Notes: a model not told the origin generated them from the sequence alone. A stretch of DNA of 64,000 nt from Bacteroidales bacterium (GCA_014800685.1 JAAVFQ010000015.1:15767-79766), one strand, 5' to 3'. Shown: positions 20,385 to 30,492, counted from the first letter of the stretch. Made by a program: numbers and translations.

Positions 20385-22721
20385 ATGAACCAGACAACAG
20401 ACCAGCCTTCTGTCTCATATAATTACCTTGATCTGCTCAATCCTCAACAGCGGGCGGCAGTAGAGTATAAGGATGGTCCGGCACTTGTAATCGCTGGAGC
20501 CGGCTCAGGAAAGACGCGAGTTCTAACGTATAAGATAGTTGACCTGCTGGCTTACGGAATAGAACCGTGGAGAATCCTGGCCCTTACTTTCACTAATAAG
20601 GCAGCGCGTGAAATGAAGGATAGAGTGGCAGGAGTGGTAGGAGAAAAAACTGCCCGACGCTTATGGATGGGGACATTTCACAGCGTATTTCTCAGAATCC
20701 TTCGTGAGAATCATGAAAAAATCGGGATGTCTCAGGGGTTTACCATTTATGACACCTCCGACTCACGCTCTCTGGTGAAAAGTATCATCAAGGATATGAA
20801 TCTTGATGATAAAAAGTATAAGCCCAATACCATCCAATCCATAATTTCAAATGCAAAGAATGCGCTCATAACGCCGAATGCATACCTTGCCGATGCCTCG
20901 CTCATGGAAAGCGACCGAAGAGCTTCACGTCCTCTGACCGGCGAGATATATAAGGTCTATTGTGCAAGATGCCGCAGTGCGTCTGCTATGGATTTTGATG
21001 ACATACTGCTTTACATGAACTTCCTGCTCAGAGATCACCCCGACGTTTTGCGTCATTATCAAGAGTATTTCAAATACATCCTTGTAGATGAATATCAAGA
21101 CACAAACTTTGCGCAGCATCTGGTCATCTCTCAGCTGGCTGCACATCATGGCAAAGTTTGCGTAGTGGGAGATGATGCTCAAAGCATCTACTCCTTCCGA
21201 GGTGCAAATATCCAGAATATACTGAATCTTGAAAAACAGTTTCCCGGTCTTAAGGTTTTTAAGCTCGAACGCAACTACAGGTCTACTCAGAATATCATCA
21301 ATGCAGCCGGTTCTCTAATTGAAAAGAATACGGTGCAGATGAAGAAAAATGTATATTCGGAGAATGACCCGGGAGAGAAAGTAAGGGTGGTCCGCACTTA
21401 TTCCGACCTTGAAGAAGCCGGACTCGTAGCCACCCGCATATCCGAGTCAAAGATGACCAGACATGACAGTTATGATGATTATGCGGTTCTTTATAGAACT
21501 AATGCTCAGAGCCGAACTCTTGAGGAATCTTTAAGGTCTCGTAATATCCCTTATCGCATATATGGAGGCTTGGCCTTCTACCAACGCAAAGAGGTTAAGG
21601 ATGCGCTATCGTATTTCCGTCTGGCCATAAATGCAGATGACGACGAGTCTCTGCGCAGAGTGATTAATTATCCGGCAAGAGGAATAGGGGAGACCACTCT
21701 TAAGAAACTTACGGCGGCAGCTATGGCTAACCGTGTTAGTATCTTCACTGTGCTCAAGGACCTTGAGAAATATAATGTAGCGGTCAATAAAGGAATGGCT
21801 AATAAGCTACGTATCTTCGTGGAGCACATTGAAGATTTCAACGAGCAAGCCAAGACCAAGGACGCTCTTGAAGTGGCTCAATATATCTATGACAAGACGG
21901 GTATCTTGGCAATGCTCATTCATGACAACGCCCCGGAGGCAATAGCACGACAGGAAAATCTGACTGAGCTTCTTGCAGGAATCAAACAATACATTGACTC
22001 TCGAACGGAAGAGGGTGAGACTGACATAGACATGACCAGCTTTCTCAATGGAGTTTTCCTTGCCACAGATCAGGATAAGGAGGCTGATGATAATGAGCCA
22101 AGAGTAACTCTTATGACTGTGCATGCCTCGAAGGGTCTTGAGTTTAAACATGTTATTATAGTTGGCGTGGAGGAGGAATTATTTCCATCAGCTATGTCTA
22201 TGGACACTTTATCTGAAATCGAAGAGGAGCGCAGGCTTCTTTACGTTGCTATAACAAGGGCAAAAGAGACCTGCATGATCACTTGTGCAGGTCAGCGCTT
22301 CAGAAATGGACAAAACGTTTTCTCAAGGCCATCAAGATTTCTGTCTGATATGAATAGAAAATATCTTGACGTACAGTCTTCCGCGTCGATAGGAGGCTTT
22401 CAGCAGAGGCCAAAATTCCAAAATCGCAATCCCTATCAGGGCGCTTATTCCCAAAAGACAACAAGCTCCTCCCCCGTAAGAGACTCTTCTGTAACGACTG
22501 CTGCACGCCCTCAAGCATCCTCCGATCTTAAAGGTGATTTCAGAGCCCATTCTTCTTCTGAACTGAAAGAGGGGATGAACATCCGACACGCAATATTCGG
22601 AGAAGGAGTTATTAAAAATCTCCTGAATCCGGGACCGGATGCTGTGATAATTGTCGATTTCAAGAATGTAGGGCAAAAGAAACTGATGGTGAGATTCGCA
22701 AAGATTGAAATTAGCGAGTAA
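20385..22721 (+). CDS. pcrA: ATP-dependent DNA helicase UvrD/PcrA
   Basis: AGAGSGKT, TFTNKAA, DEYQDTN, VGDDAQSIYSFRG, NYRS, HASKGLEF, EERRLLYVAITRA. Confidence 0.95.
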   Translation: MNQTTDQPSVSYNYLDLLNPQQRAAVEYKDGPALVIAGAGSGKTRVLTYKIVDLLAYGIEPWRILALTFTNKAAREMKDRVAGVVGEKTARRLWMGTFHSVFLRILRENHEKIGMSQGFTIYDTSDSRSLVKSIIKDMNLDDKKYKPNTIQSIISNAKNALITPNAYLADASLMESDRRASRPLTGEIYKVYCARCRSASAMDFDDILLYMNFLLRDHPDVLRHYQEYFKYILVDEYQDTNFAQHLVISQLAAHHGKVCVVGDDAQSIYSFRGANIQNILNLEKQFPGLKVFKLERNYRSTQNIINAAGSLIEKNTVQMKKNVYSENDPGEKVRVVRTYSDLEEAGLVATRISESKMTRHDSYDDYAVLYRTNAQSRTLEESLRSRNIPYRIYGGLAFYQRKEVKDALSYFRLAINADDDESLRRVINYPARGIGETTLKKLTAAAMANRVSIFTVLKDLEKYNVAVNKGMANKLRIFVEHIEDFNEQAKTKDALEVAQYIYDKTGILAMLIHDNAPEAIARQENLTELLAGIKQYIDSRTEEGETDIDMTSFLNGVFLATDQDKEADDNEPRVTLMTVHASKGLEFKHVIIVGVEEELFPSAMSMDTLSEIEEERRLLYVAITRAKETCMITCAGQRFRNGQNVFSRPSRFLSDMNRKYLDVQSSASIGGFQQRPKFQNRNPYQGAYSQKTTSSSPVRDSSVTTAARPQASSDLKGDFRAHSSSELKEGMNIRHAIFGEGVIKNLLNPGPDAVIIVDFKNVGQKKLMVRFAKIEISE

Positions 22722-22769
22722 ATCAAAGTTGCATGCAGACTGTATTTCTTAACCTCACTAACACTTTTG

Positions 22770-23915
22770 ATGATAATGCAGACACCATATTATATCGTCT
22801 ATGAAGACAAGTTGCGACGCAACCTCAAGCTGATAAAGGATGTAGAAAACAGAGCCGGTATAAAAATTATCATGGCTTTTAAGGCTAACGCGCTTTGGAA
22901 GACATTCCCGATTATCAAAGAGTATTGCCTCTCATCAACGGCAAGTTCCTTAAACGAGATGAAGCTGTCTCTGGAATTTCTTGGGAAAGATGTGCACACC
23001 TATTGTCCGGTATATACCGAGAACACCTTCCCGGAATTTCTCGCCGGTTCATCTCATATCACATTCAACTCTTTAAGCCAGTTTGAGAAATTTTATCCAC
23101 AAATTAGAGAGAGGAACTCGAATCACCCTGAAAAGAGAGTGAGTGCCGGACTGCGCGTAAATCCTCATTGCTCAGTTATAGAGACCGACATATATAATCC
23201 TTGCATGCCGGGCTCTCGTTTCGGAGAGAAATCGGATAAGCTGACACAACTGCCGGAGGGGATAGAGGGACTGCATTTTCATGCCCTTTGTGAATCAGAC
23301 AGTCACGACCTCGCCAAGGTGCTTAAAGCATTTGAAGAACAGTTCGGGCATCTTATCCCCGGGCTGAAATGGATAAATATGGGAGGAGGTCATCTTATGA
23401 CTCGCAAAGGATATGACATAGAATATCTTATCTCCCTGCTTAAAGATTTCAAGAAAAGACATCCCGGCATAGAAATCATACTCGAACCCGGAAGTGCTTT
23501 TACCTGGCAGACCGGTGACTTGAAGACCACAGTGCTCGATGTGGTGGAGGATGCCGGAATAAAAACGGCTGTTATTGACGCAAGTTTCGCCTGTCACATG
23601 CCGGATTGCCTTGAGATGCCTTATCAGCCTGAAATAGAAGAAGCGCACCCGCTTTCCGACAATAGTGGAGAGTATCGATATAGGCTTGGTGGCAACTCAT
23701 GTCTCAGTGGAGACTTCGTGGGAGACTGGACTTTCGACCGTCCATTGGAGCCGGGGGACGTCTTAACTCTCAAAGACATGAATCACTACACTACGGTTAA
23801 GACTACAATGTTTAATGGCATTCAGCATCCTTCAATTTGGCTGCAACCCTCTCATGGAGAACCAGTTTTGCTCAGGGAGTTTACTTATGAAGATTATAAA
23901 AGAAGAATGTCATGA
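22770..23915 (+). CDS. nspC: Carboxynorspermidine/carboxyspermidine decarboxylase
   Basis: MAFKA PLP lysine, GLRVNP, YNPC..GSRFG, HFHALCE, GNSCLSGD, YTTVKTTMFNG. Confidence 0.93.
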   Translation: MIMQTPYYIVYEDKLRRNLKLIKDVENRAGIKIIMAFKANALWKTFPIIKEYCLSSTASSLNEMKLSLEFLGKDVHTYCPVYTENTFPEFLAGSSHITFNSLSQFEKFYPQIRERNSNHPEKRVSAGLRVNPHCSVIETDIYNPCMPGSRFGEKSDKLTQLPEGIEGLHFHALCESDSHDLAKVLKAFEEQFGHLIPGLKWINMGGGHLMTRKGYDIEYLISLLKDFKKRHPGIEIILEPGSAFTWQTGDLKTTVLDVVEDAGIKTAVIDASFACHMPDCLEMPYQPEIEEAHPLSDNSGEYRYRLGGNSCLSGDFVGDWTFDRPLEPGDVLTLKDMNHYTTVKTTMFNGIQHPSIWLQPSHGEPVLLREFTYEDYKRRMS

Positions 23916-23943
23916 GTCTAAGACTCATGACATTCTTCTTTTA
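23897..23943. repeat. 47-nt palindrome (23-bp arms, 1-nt spacer), probable bidirectional terminator
   Basis: TAAAAGAAGAATGTCATGAGTCT-A-AGACTCATGACATTCTTCTTTTA spanning the nspC stop. Confidence 0.9.
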
Positions 23944-24010
23944 AGGGATATAGAGGAATCTCTCTACATCAATATTCGTAATGGTTTATAAATTTCTAAA
24001 GCTTAGAATC

Positions 24011-24835
24011 TTATAGCGATGCGAGATTGTAGAAGCTAAGCAGGACAAAATAAATGAATGCCGCAGGCATTGCAAGGAGCATAGAGTCAATGCGGTCAAG
24101 AAGACCTCCATGCCCGGGAATAATATTACCGGAATCCTTAAGATGCATGGTACGCTTGACAAGAGACTCAACGAGGTCTCCCCACGTGCCGAAGATGGTG
24201 ACAATTACTCCAAGTCCTATCCACTGCCATACATTGTGAAGGTATCCGAAAAATCCGGGGAAATGAGAGAATAGAACTGCCGCGGCAATGTTAAAAACTA
24301 AACCTCCTAAGAAACCTTCCCAGGATTTTTTAGGTGAAATTCTTTCAAAAAGACGTCTCTTCCCGATAAGAGAGCCTACAAGAAAGGCACCGGTATCGTT
24401 AATCCAAAGAAATAGGAAGATTGCGAGCAGAATGTATCCGGTAGAAAATATCAATCCATTTGCAAGCATAAGACCGCAGGGCAGTCCTATCATAAGCTGA
24501 GTAAGACATGAAGTGGAGAGACTCTGCACCGGATTCTCATCCTTGGCATAAAGCTCTTCTACAAATCTGAGCAGGAGACAAAACAGCCAAATAAGAAGAG
24601 GGACAATATAGCATCCCAGAGCAAGACAGATGCTTCCGGCCACATCTATAGCAACCAGAGGCATTCTGTTTACCCTCATGCCACCAAGAACTTTAGTTAA
24701 TTCAATCGTAGCAAATCCCGCTATAAGTGAGACAAGAAGGCTGAGCCAGAGTTCTCCTCCAAGTATGCATCCTACTATAATAGCTACATATATTACACCC
24801 GAGAGGGTGCGAATTCCGAGTGATTTCAGTTTCAT
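24011..24835 (-). CDS. cdsA: Phosphatidate cytidylyltransferase
   Basis: WINDTGAFLVG, SPKKSWEG, GDLVESLVKR, PGHGGLLDRIDS. Confidence 0.95.
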   Translation of the reverse strand: MKLKSLGIRTLSGVIYVAIIVGCILGGELWLSLLVSLIAGFATIELTKVLGGMRVNRMPLVAIDVAGSICLALGCYIVPLLIWLFCLLLRFVEELYAKDENPVQSLSTSCLTQLMIGLPCGLMLANGLIFSTGYILLAIFLFLWINDTGAFLVGSLIGKRRLFERISPKKSWEGFLGGLVFNIAAAVLFSHFPGFFGYLHNVWQWIGLGVIVTIFGTWGDLVESLVKRTMHLKDSGNIIPGHGGLLDRIDSMLLAMPAAFIYFVLLSFYNLASL

Positions 24836-24950
24836 CTGGTACTTTTAAGCTTAAATCAAACTTTTGGAATACGAGAAATTACCTCAACAGACTGCGTTCC
24901 ATTCTACGTGGATAGGATTCAACGGCACTCCTGTTAGCAATTTCAGACTG

Positions 24951-24958
24951 CAAAGGTA
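24951..24958 (-). promoter_or_regulatory. -7 promoter box for cdsA
   Basis: TACCTTTG on minus strand, about 115 nt upstream of ATG. Confidence 0.6.
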
Positions 24959-25044
24959 GCCAATTTTTATCATTCCGCAAAGTATCACATTGCCAAATGG
25001 AGATATTTGAATTAATAAAAAAGGAAGAGAGCTAACTAAAGAGA

Positions 25045-25077
25045 GCGGTATGCCATAAATCAATTATGACATACCGC
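25045..25077 (-). terminator. Hairpin/terminator downstream of fusA2
   Basis: GCGGTATG-C-CATAA / TTATG-A-CATACCGC. Confidence 0.6.
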
Positions 25078-25105
25078 CCACCATTATGTTGAATGTTTTT
25101 AAAAA

Positions 25106-27262
25106 TCAGTCTTCATCGTCAGCCTCATGATACTCTTTGAGAAGCTTCTCCTGAACATCACCGGGCACAAGTTCATAGCCGGAAAATTCCATTGAGAATG
25201 AACTGCGACCACCTGTAATTGAGCTGAGAGCAGTGCTGTAAGAAGCCATTTCCTTAAGAGGCACTTTAGCATTGAGCTTTTCGATACCGTTTTCAGACTC
25301 CATACCCATGATGAGAGCTCTGCGAGACTGGAGATCGCTCATGACATCACCCATTGTGTCTCCGGGGACAAGAACCTCAACATCATAGATAGGCTCAAGA
25401 ATTTTGGGGTTGGCATTGCGGAAAGCCTCTGAGAAGGCATGGCGTCCTGCAAGGCGGAAGGATATTTCATTAGAATCTACCGGATGCATTTTGCCGTCAT
25501 AAATCATTACGCGAACGTCACGGGCGTATGAACCGGTGAGAGGGCCTTGCTCCATGCGATCCATGAGACCCTTTACAATAGCTGGGATGAAGCGGGCGTC
25601 AATCGCGCCGCCCACGATGCAGTTATAGACGATGAGTTTTCCACCCCATTCCAAAGGTATCTCCTGCTTGTCACGGACGTTAAGCTTGAACTCCTGGTTG
25701 CCGAACTTGTAGGTGTCTGGTTCGGGCATTCCCTCAGTGTAGGGCTCTATTATCAGATGAACTTCACCGAACTGACCGGAACCGCCGGATTGCTTCTTAT
25801 GGCGATAGTCCGCGCGGGAGGCTTTAGTGATAGTTTCACGATAAGGCACTTTCTGCTCGCTGAACTCAATCGGCAGTTTTTCATTATTCTCTATGCGCCA
25901 TTTAAGAGTGCGGAGGTGGAATTCACCCTGTCCCTTGACAAGTGTCTGCTTGAGTTCCTTTGACTGCTCTACCACCCATGTAGGATCCTCTTCGTGCATT
26001 CTTGTGAGAATACCCATCAGCTTCTCTGAGTCAGCTTCATTCGCGGGTTTGATGGCACGAATATATTTAGGAGCGGGATACTGGATGAAGTCAAACTGGT
26101 ATTCGCATCCTTTTGCATCCAGCGTATTGCCTGTGCGCACATCTTTTAACTTCACAGCAGCTCCGATGTCACCGGCTTCAAGTTTATCCACTGCAGTGCG
26201 AATCTGGCCACAGGTAGTATAAATCTGACTTAGACGCTCCTTGCCACCTCTTGACACGTTTTCAAGATCTGCACCTGAGGTGAGAGTGCCGCTCATGACT
26301 TTGAAGAACGCTACTTCACCGATATGCGGTTCTACGGAAGTTTTAAAGAAATAGAGCGAAAGAGGACCGTTTGAGTCAGGTTTAACCTCTTCTCCGGTGA
26401 CAGTGTGGGGCGCGGGCATATCGCTGACGAAGGGACAGACGTTACCGAGGAATTCCATCATGCGTCTTACGCCCATGTCTTTGAGCGCACTGACTACGAA
26501 GACGGGGAGGATAGAACGATCTATAAGACCCTTTCTGATACCTTCTCTCATCTCGTCTTCAGTGAGATGACCCTGTTCGAAATATTTATCCATGAGAGTC
26601 TCATCGTTCTCGGCAGCGGCTTCCACGAGAGCGTTATGAAGCTCATTGGCACGCTCCATCTGGTCTTCGGGTATTTCCGAAATGGTGGGCACGCCGCCAT
26701 CAGGGCCCCATTCATATTTCTTCATGAGAAGAACATCGATCATTGAATTGAAACCGGGACCACACTGAAGCGGATATTGGATGATGGTGACTTTCGGACC
26801 GAAAGTTTCACGCATCTGCTCAATGACATTATCGAAATCAGCCTTTTCGCCGTCAATTTGATTGAGTGCGAAGATGACGGGTTTCTGAAGTTTAGCTGTA
26901 GTGCGGAAGATATTCTGGGTGCCGACCTCAACGCCGTATTCCGCATTAATAGTGATTAGCCCTGTGTCGCAGACACCAAGAGCTGTATAAGCATTTCCTA
27001 CGAAATCATCTGCTCCCGGGCAGTCAATTACGTTAAGTTTCTTTCCATTGAACTCCGCATTGAAGACGGTAGAGAACACGGAATATCCATATTCCTTTTC
27101 TACGGGGAAATAGTCGGAGACAGTATTTCCAGCCTCGATTGAACCTCTGCGTTTGATTACTCCACACTCGAAGAGCATTGACTCGGCGAGTGTGGTTTTC
27201 CCGGAGCCCTTGCTTCCGAGCAGGGCAATGTTTTTGATTTCGTTGGTCGGGTAGATTTTCAT
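25106..27262 (-). CDS. fusA2: Elongation factor G paralog EF-G2
   Basis: GSKGSGKTT; DCPGADDF lacks the catalytic His of DTPGH; NQID replaces NKxD; domain IV insertion; N-terminus resembles my recollection of B. thetaiotaomicron BT2167. Confidence 0.9.
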   Translation of the reverse strand: MKIYPTNEIKNIALLGSKGSGKTTLAESMLFECGVIKRRGSIEAGNTVSDYFPVEKEYGYSVFSTVFNAEFNGKKLNVIDCPGADDFVGNAYTALGVCDTGLITINAEYGVEVGTQNIFRTTAKLQKPVIFALNQIDGEKADFDNVIEQMRETFGPKVTIIQYPLQCGPGFNSMIDVLLMKKYEWGPDGGVPTISEIPEDQMERANELHNALVEAAAENDETLMDKYFEQGHLTEDEMREGIRKGLIDRSILPVFVVSALKDMGVRRMMEFLGNVCPFVSDMPAPHTVTGEEVKPDSNGPLSLYFFKTSVEPHIGEVAFFKVMSGTLTSGADLENVSRGGKERLSQIYTTCGQIRTAVDKLEAGDIGAAVKLKDVRTGNTLDAKGCEYQFDFIQYPAPKYIRAIKPANEADSEKLMGILTRMHEEDPTWVVEQSKELKQTLVKGQGEFHLRTLKWRIENNEKLPIEFSEQKVPYRETITKASRADYRHKKQSGGSGQFGEVHLIIEPYTEGMPEPDTYKFGNQEFKLNVRDKQEIPLEWGGKLIVYNCIVGGAIDARFIPAIVKGLMDRMEQGPLTGSYARDVRVMIYDGKMHPVDSNEISFRLAGRHAFSEAFRNANPKILEPIYDVEVLVPGDTMGDVMSDLQSRRALIMGMESENGIEKLNAKVPLKEMASYSTALSSITGGRSSFSMEFSGYELVPGDVQEKLLKEYHEADDED

Positions 27263-27430
27263 TCCGTATCAGGTTTTAGTGTCTAACAGACGTGATGCCT
27301 GAGAGGAGAAGGGTCAGACAGGTCCGAAGACTGAATTAATATGTATTTCGATGCTTAACGATGTGAAAAAGGCTCTCTTTTCGTTAGCGCTTGCAATTTA
27401 CATAAATTTTTCCAAATAGAAAGAATAAAA

Positions 27431-27452
27431 AAATATGTTGTGTAACATATTT
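27431..27452. promoter_or_regulatory. Cur (BT4338-type) binding palindrome
   Basis: AAATATGTT-GTGT-AACATATTT matches the TATGTT-N4-AACATA motif. Confidence 0.8.
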
Positions 27453-27608
27453 CCACAACATCTCCGAAATCTACAAATTTTTATATCTTGTTTAATGCAT
27501 GTAAATATCCCAAGTAACGCCTCTTACAGGTGGGATATTAGGAAGTTTGGAGGAATTATTATGCAATTTTAATTTCTTATTTTCGTTGAAATAGAATAAA
27601 GAGAATAT

Positions 27609-28733
27609 ATGGCCGGTCTTTACATTCATGTACCCATCTGCAGAAGGAAGTGCCTTTACTGCGATTTTTATTCATGCGGTGAGGATGTGGTAGCCACGTC
27701 AGCGCTCATGAATGCTCTGACAAGAGAGATTGAGCTTCGGAAGAAGGAGGTTACGGAGGCGATTGACACCTTATATATAGGTGGAGGGACACCATCGCTA
27801 CTTTCAGCGTCAGACATAAACAGACTGCTGACTACTGCTTATGATTCTTTTGAAATAAGCGCAAATGCGGAAATAACAATGGAGGTTAATCCCGATGACA
27901 TTTCACATTCTTATGCAAACGATTTGAAAAGGATAGGCATCAATAGAATCAGCGCAGGCATACAGTCGCTTAATGATAGCGAACTCAGAGCAGTAGGGCG
28001 TCGCCATGATGCCTCCGGAGCTATCAAGGCAATGGAGATACTGCGTACTACTTTTGATAATTGCAGCTTTGACCTAATTTTCGGACTTCCCGGACAGACT
28101 TTATCCAGCTGGAAACATTCGGTAAAGGGCGTGCTTGATTTTTCTCCCCAACATCTGTCGGCATATTCTCTGATGTATGAACCCGGCACTCCTCTTTCTG
28201 CATTGAGAGATGCCGGAAGAATCAGAGAAATGGAAGAAGAGCTAAGCGTAGAAATGTTTACCACTCTCATAGGGCAGACTGACAAGGCCGGCATGATACA
28301 GCATGAAATATCAAACTTTTCTCTTCCGGGTTATGAATCAAGACATAATTCTTCCTATTGGAAAGGGAAGCCATATCTTGGAATAGGCCCCTCTGCTCAT
28401 TCTTTCGATGGCAAAAATACCAGAAGATGGAATATATCTGACATTAAGCAGTATGTAAAGATTGAGACAGAGACCACCGAAGCCTTGTATCAAGAGGAAT
28501 ATCTTTCTGACGTGGAGAGGATCGAAGAATACATCATGACTCGCTTACGGATGAAAGCAGGAATACCGCTTCAAGAATTTGCACAGCTTTTCGGGACACA
28601 ACAGAGCGAACGCCTTTTAAACAAAGCGGCCCGGATGATTAATAACGGCGAGCTGCTTCTTTCGGAAAATCACCTCGCATTAAGCAGAGAGACCATCCTG
28701 ACGAGTGATGCCGTAATCGTGAGACTGTTTTAA
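27609..28733 (+). CDS. hemW: Radical SAM heme chaperone HemW (HemN-like)
   Basis: YIHVPICRRKCLYCDF, GGGTPS, EVNP, DLIFGLP, HNSSYW. Confidence 0.9.
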   Translation: MAGLYIHVPICRRKCLYCDFYSCGEDVVATSALMNALTREIELRKKEVTEAIDTLYIGGGTPSLLSASDINRLLTTAYDSFEISANAEITMEVNPDDISHSYANDLKRIGINRISAGIQSLNDSELRAVGRRHDASGAIKAMEILRTTFDNCSFDLIFGLPGQTLSSWKHSVKGVLDFSPQHLSAYSLMYEPGTPLSALRDAGRIREMEEELSVEMFTTLIGQTDKAGMIQHEISNFSLPGYESRHNSSYWKGKPYLGIGPSAHSFDGKNTRRWNISDIKQYVKIETETTEALYQEEYLSDVERIEEYIMTRLRMKAGIPLQEFAQLFGTQQSERLLNKAARMINNGELLLSENHLALSRETILTSDAVIVRLF

Positions 28734-29431
28734 CCGAATTTAGAGATCTTTCTCAGTTGAGGCTCATTAAGGATCTTAATGCGTCTGCCATCTACTATCA
28801 GCAGCTTCTCGGTCACAAAACTCGTAAGGGTTCTAATAGCATTAGAGGTAGTCATATTACTCAGATTCGCAAGATCCTCCCGGCTCATATATATCTTCAG
28901 GGTAGCATCGTCATCCTCTAATCCATAGTTTTCAGCCAAAAGCAGAAGAGCTTCAGCAAGCCTGCCCCGTATATGCTTTTGAGTAAGATTCACAATCTTT
29001 GTGTCTGAACCTCCCAGATTGCAAGCAAGTTCATGGATAAAGAACATCGCTAGATTATTATTGGCTCTGATGAGGTCTTCTACTACTCTCATAGGAATCG
29101 AACCAAGCACTGAGGTCTCAAAAGCACTTGCTGAAGAGACGTATGGCTCTTTAGCGAAATAAGCTCTATATCCAAAATACTGCACAGGGCGGTAAAGACG
29201 TAGTATCTGAATACGATCGCCTATACCTTTTTTATGCATTTTAACCTTGCCCTTCAGCAGACACCATAGATATTCAGGCTCCTCCTTCTCGGCATATATT
29301 ATCTGATTCTTTTTGAAATTATGTATGGTGAAGTTGTCTGTAACAATTCTTTTTTGTTCAGACGTCAGTGCATTCCACATATCAGCCATGTCCTGACTGA
29401 TGATATGCTCCAGTGTGCTCTTTTTAATCAC
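28730..29431 (-). CDS. Crp/Fnr family regulator, probable Cur (BT4338) ortholog
   Basis: cNMP-binding fold plus HTH; NLTQKHIRGRLAE and SREDLANLSNMTTSNAIRTL resemble BT4338 as I recall it; start uncertain (GTG 29431, track gives 29473). Confidence 0.85.
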   Translation of the reverse strand: MIKKSTLEHIISQDMADMWNALTSEQKRIVTDNFTIHNFKKNQIIYAEKEEPEYLWCLLKGKVKMHKKGIGDRIQILRLYRPVQYFGYRAYFAKEPYVSSASAFETSVLGSIPMRVVEDLIRANNNLAMFFIHELACNLGGSDTKIVNLTQKHIRGRLAEALLLLAENYGLEDDDATLKIYMSREDLANLSNMTTSNAIRTLTSFVTEKLLIVDGRRIKILNEPQLRKISKFG

Positions 29432-29513
29432 GCGTATTTCTATTTTACCTAAAGATAATCCCTGCAATATCAATTTTTATAATCACATGCTGGAGGATTA
29501 TGTTTTACAGCAG

Positions 29514-29521
29514 CAAAGTTA
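29514..29521 (-). promoter_or_regulatory. -7 promoter box for Crp/Cur gene
   Basis: TAACTTTG on minus strand. Confidence 0.6.
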
Positions 29522-29532
29522 CAATTTTTTTA

Positions 29533-30492
29533 TCATATAAGCAACCGTCTGACAATTTTTCCACTCTCTGTCCGCGGGAATTTCTCTATAAAAGTGATCT
29601 CTTTAGGCGCTTTATATGCTTCCACCGCTTCGCGTATTCTTTTCAATGCGAGAGTGCCTTTCAATTTTTCTGTTTGGCCTTCTACTATAAGAGTGACTCT
29701 GTTCACCCATTTTTCATCTTCGCTACCTGCGATAACAAAATTCTGACCGGGAAAGAGAGCCGCCATAATGTCGGATATTTCCCTCTCCACAAGAGCCGGA
29801 TGCACTTTAAGTCCGCCTGTTATTATAGCATCGTCCGTCCTTCCTAATATACGAAATTTCCGATCACTTATCACTTCAGCTACATCCTTTGTATGAAATA
29901 CGTGATTGCCGTCTATTACGATAATTAACGTGCTACCATCTTCATCTGTCTTGACCTCAATTCCGTCCAAGGTGGTGAAATATTTTTCTCCTACCTCACG
30001 CAAAGCTATGTGAGAAGCAGTTTCTGTCATTCCGTAAGTTTCCACAATTCTAACACCTGACTGCCTGCATTTCTTTTCTAATGACGGGGAGAGGGGAGAG
30101 CCTCCCACAATTATATTTTTCACTTTCTTGCCAAGAGATGCGTCATCGAGAAGGTGGCTGAGCTGAGAGGGAACAACCGCAAGAAGATCCAGAGGGAACT
30201 TACTGCCAGAAAAAGATACATGATTGCAGGGCTCCTCCACACTTAACTCTGCCTCGGCGAGTAAGCTACGCACTATCATCATTTTGCCAGCTATGTAGTC
30301 CGGAGAAAGGCAAAGATGCAGACGCGACGACGATGATAAACCGAAGTAGCGGATAGTGCGCAAAGCACTCTTCCTCACCAAGTCTTTCTCAAGCAGTATC
30401 TCTTTCGGGTCTCCTGTAGAACCGGAAGTATGAGCCTTGATAACATCTGACTCACAATCATTCCATTCTCTTATAAATTGCTCTACCGTCAT
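29533..30492 (-). CDS. menE: O-succinylbenzoate--CoA ligase (short Bacteroidetes form)
   Basis: HTSGSTGDPK, YGMTETASH, GRTDDAIITGGLKV, PRTESGK; in men operon. Confidence 0.85.
   Translation of the reverse strand: MTVEQFIREWNDCESDVIKAHTSGSTGDPKEILLEKDLVRKSALRTIRYFGLSSSSRLHLCLSPDYIAGKMMIVRSLLAEAELSVEEPCNHVSFSGSKFPLDLLAVVPSQLSHLLDDASLGKKVKNIIVGGSPLSPSLEKKCRQSGVRIVETYGMTETASHIALREVGEKYFTTLDGIEVKTDEDGSTLIIVIDGNHVFHTKDVAEVISDRKFRILGRTDDAIITGGLKVHPALVEREISDIMAALFPGQNFVIAGSEDEKWVNRVTLIVEGQTEKLKGTLALKRIREAVEAYKAPKEITFIEKFPRTESGKIVRRLLI

Noticed and set aside
22770-23915. nspC without an adjacent carboxyspermidine dehydrogenase
   Set aside because: These genes are commonly unlinked in Bacteroidales
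27504-27539. AATATCCCA/TGGGATATT hairpin upstream of hemW
   Set aside because: Single 9-bp stem with no family resemblance, insufficient to call an RNA element
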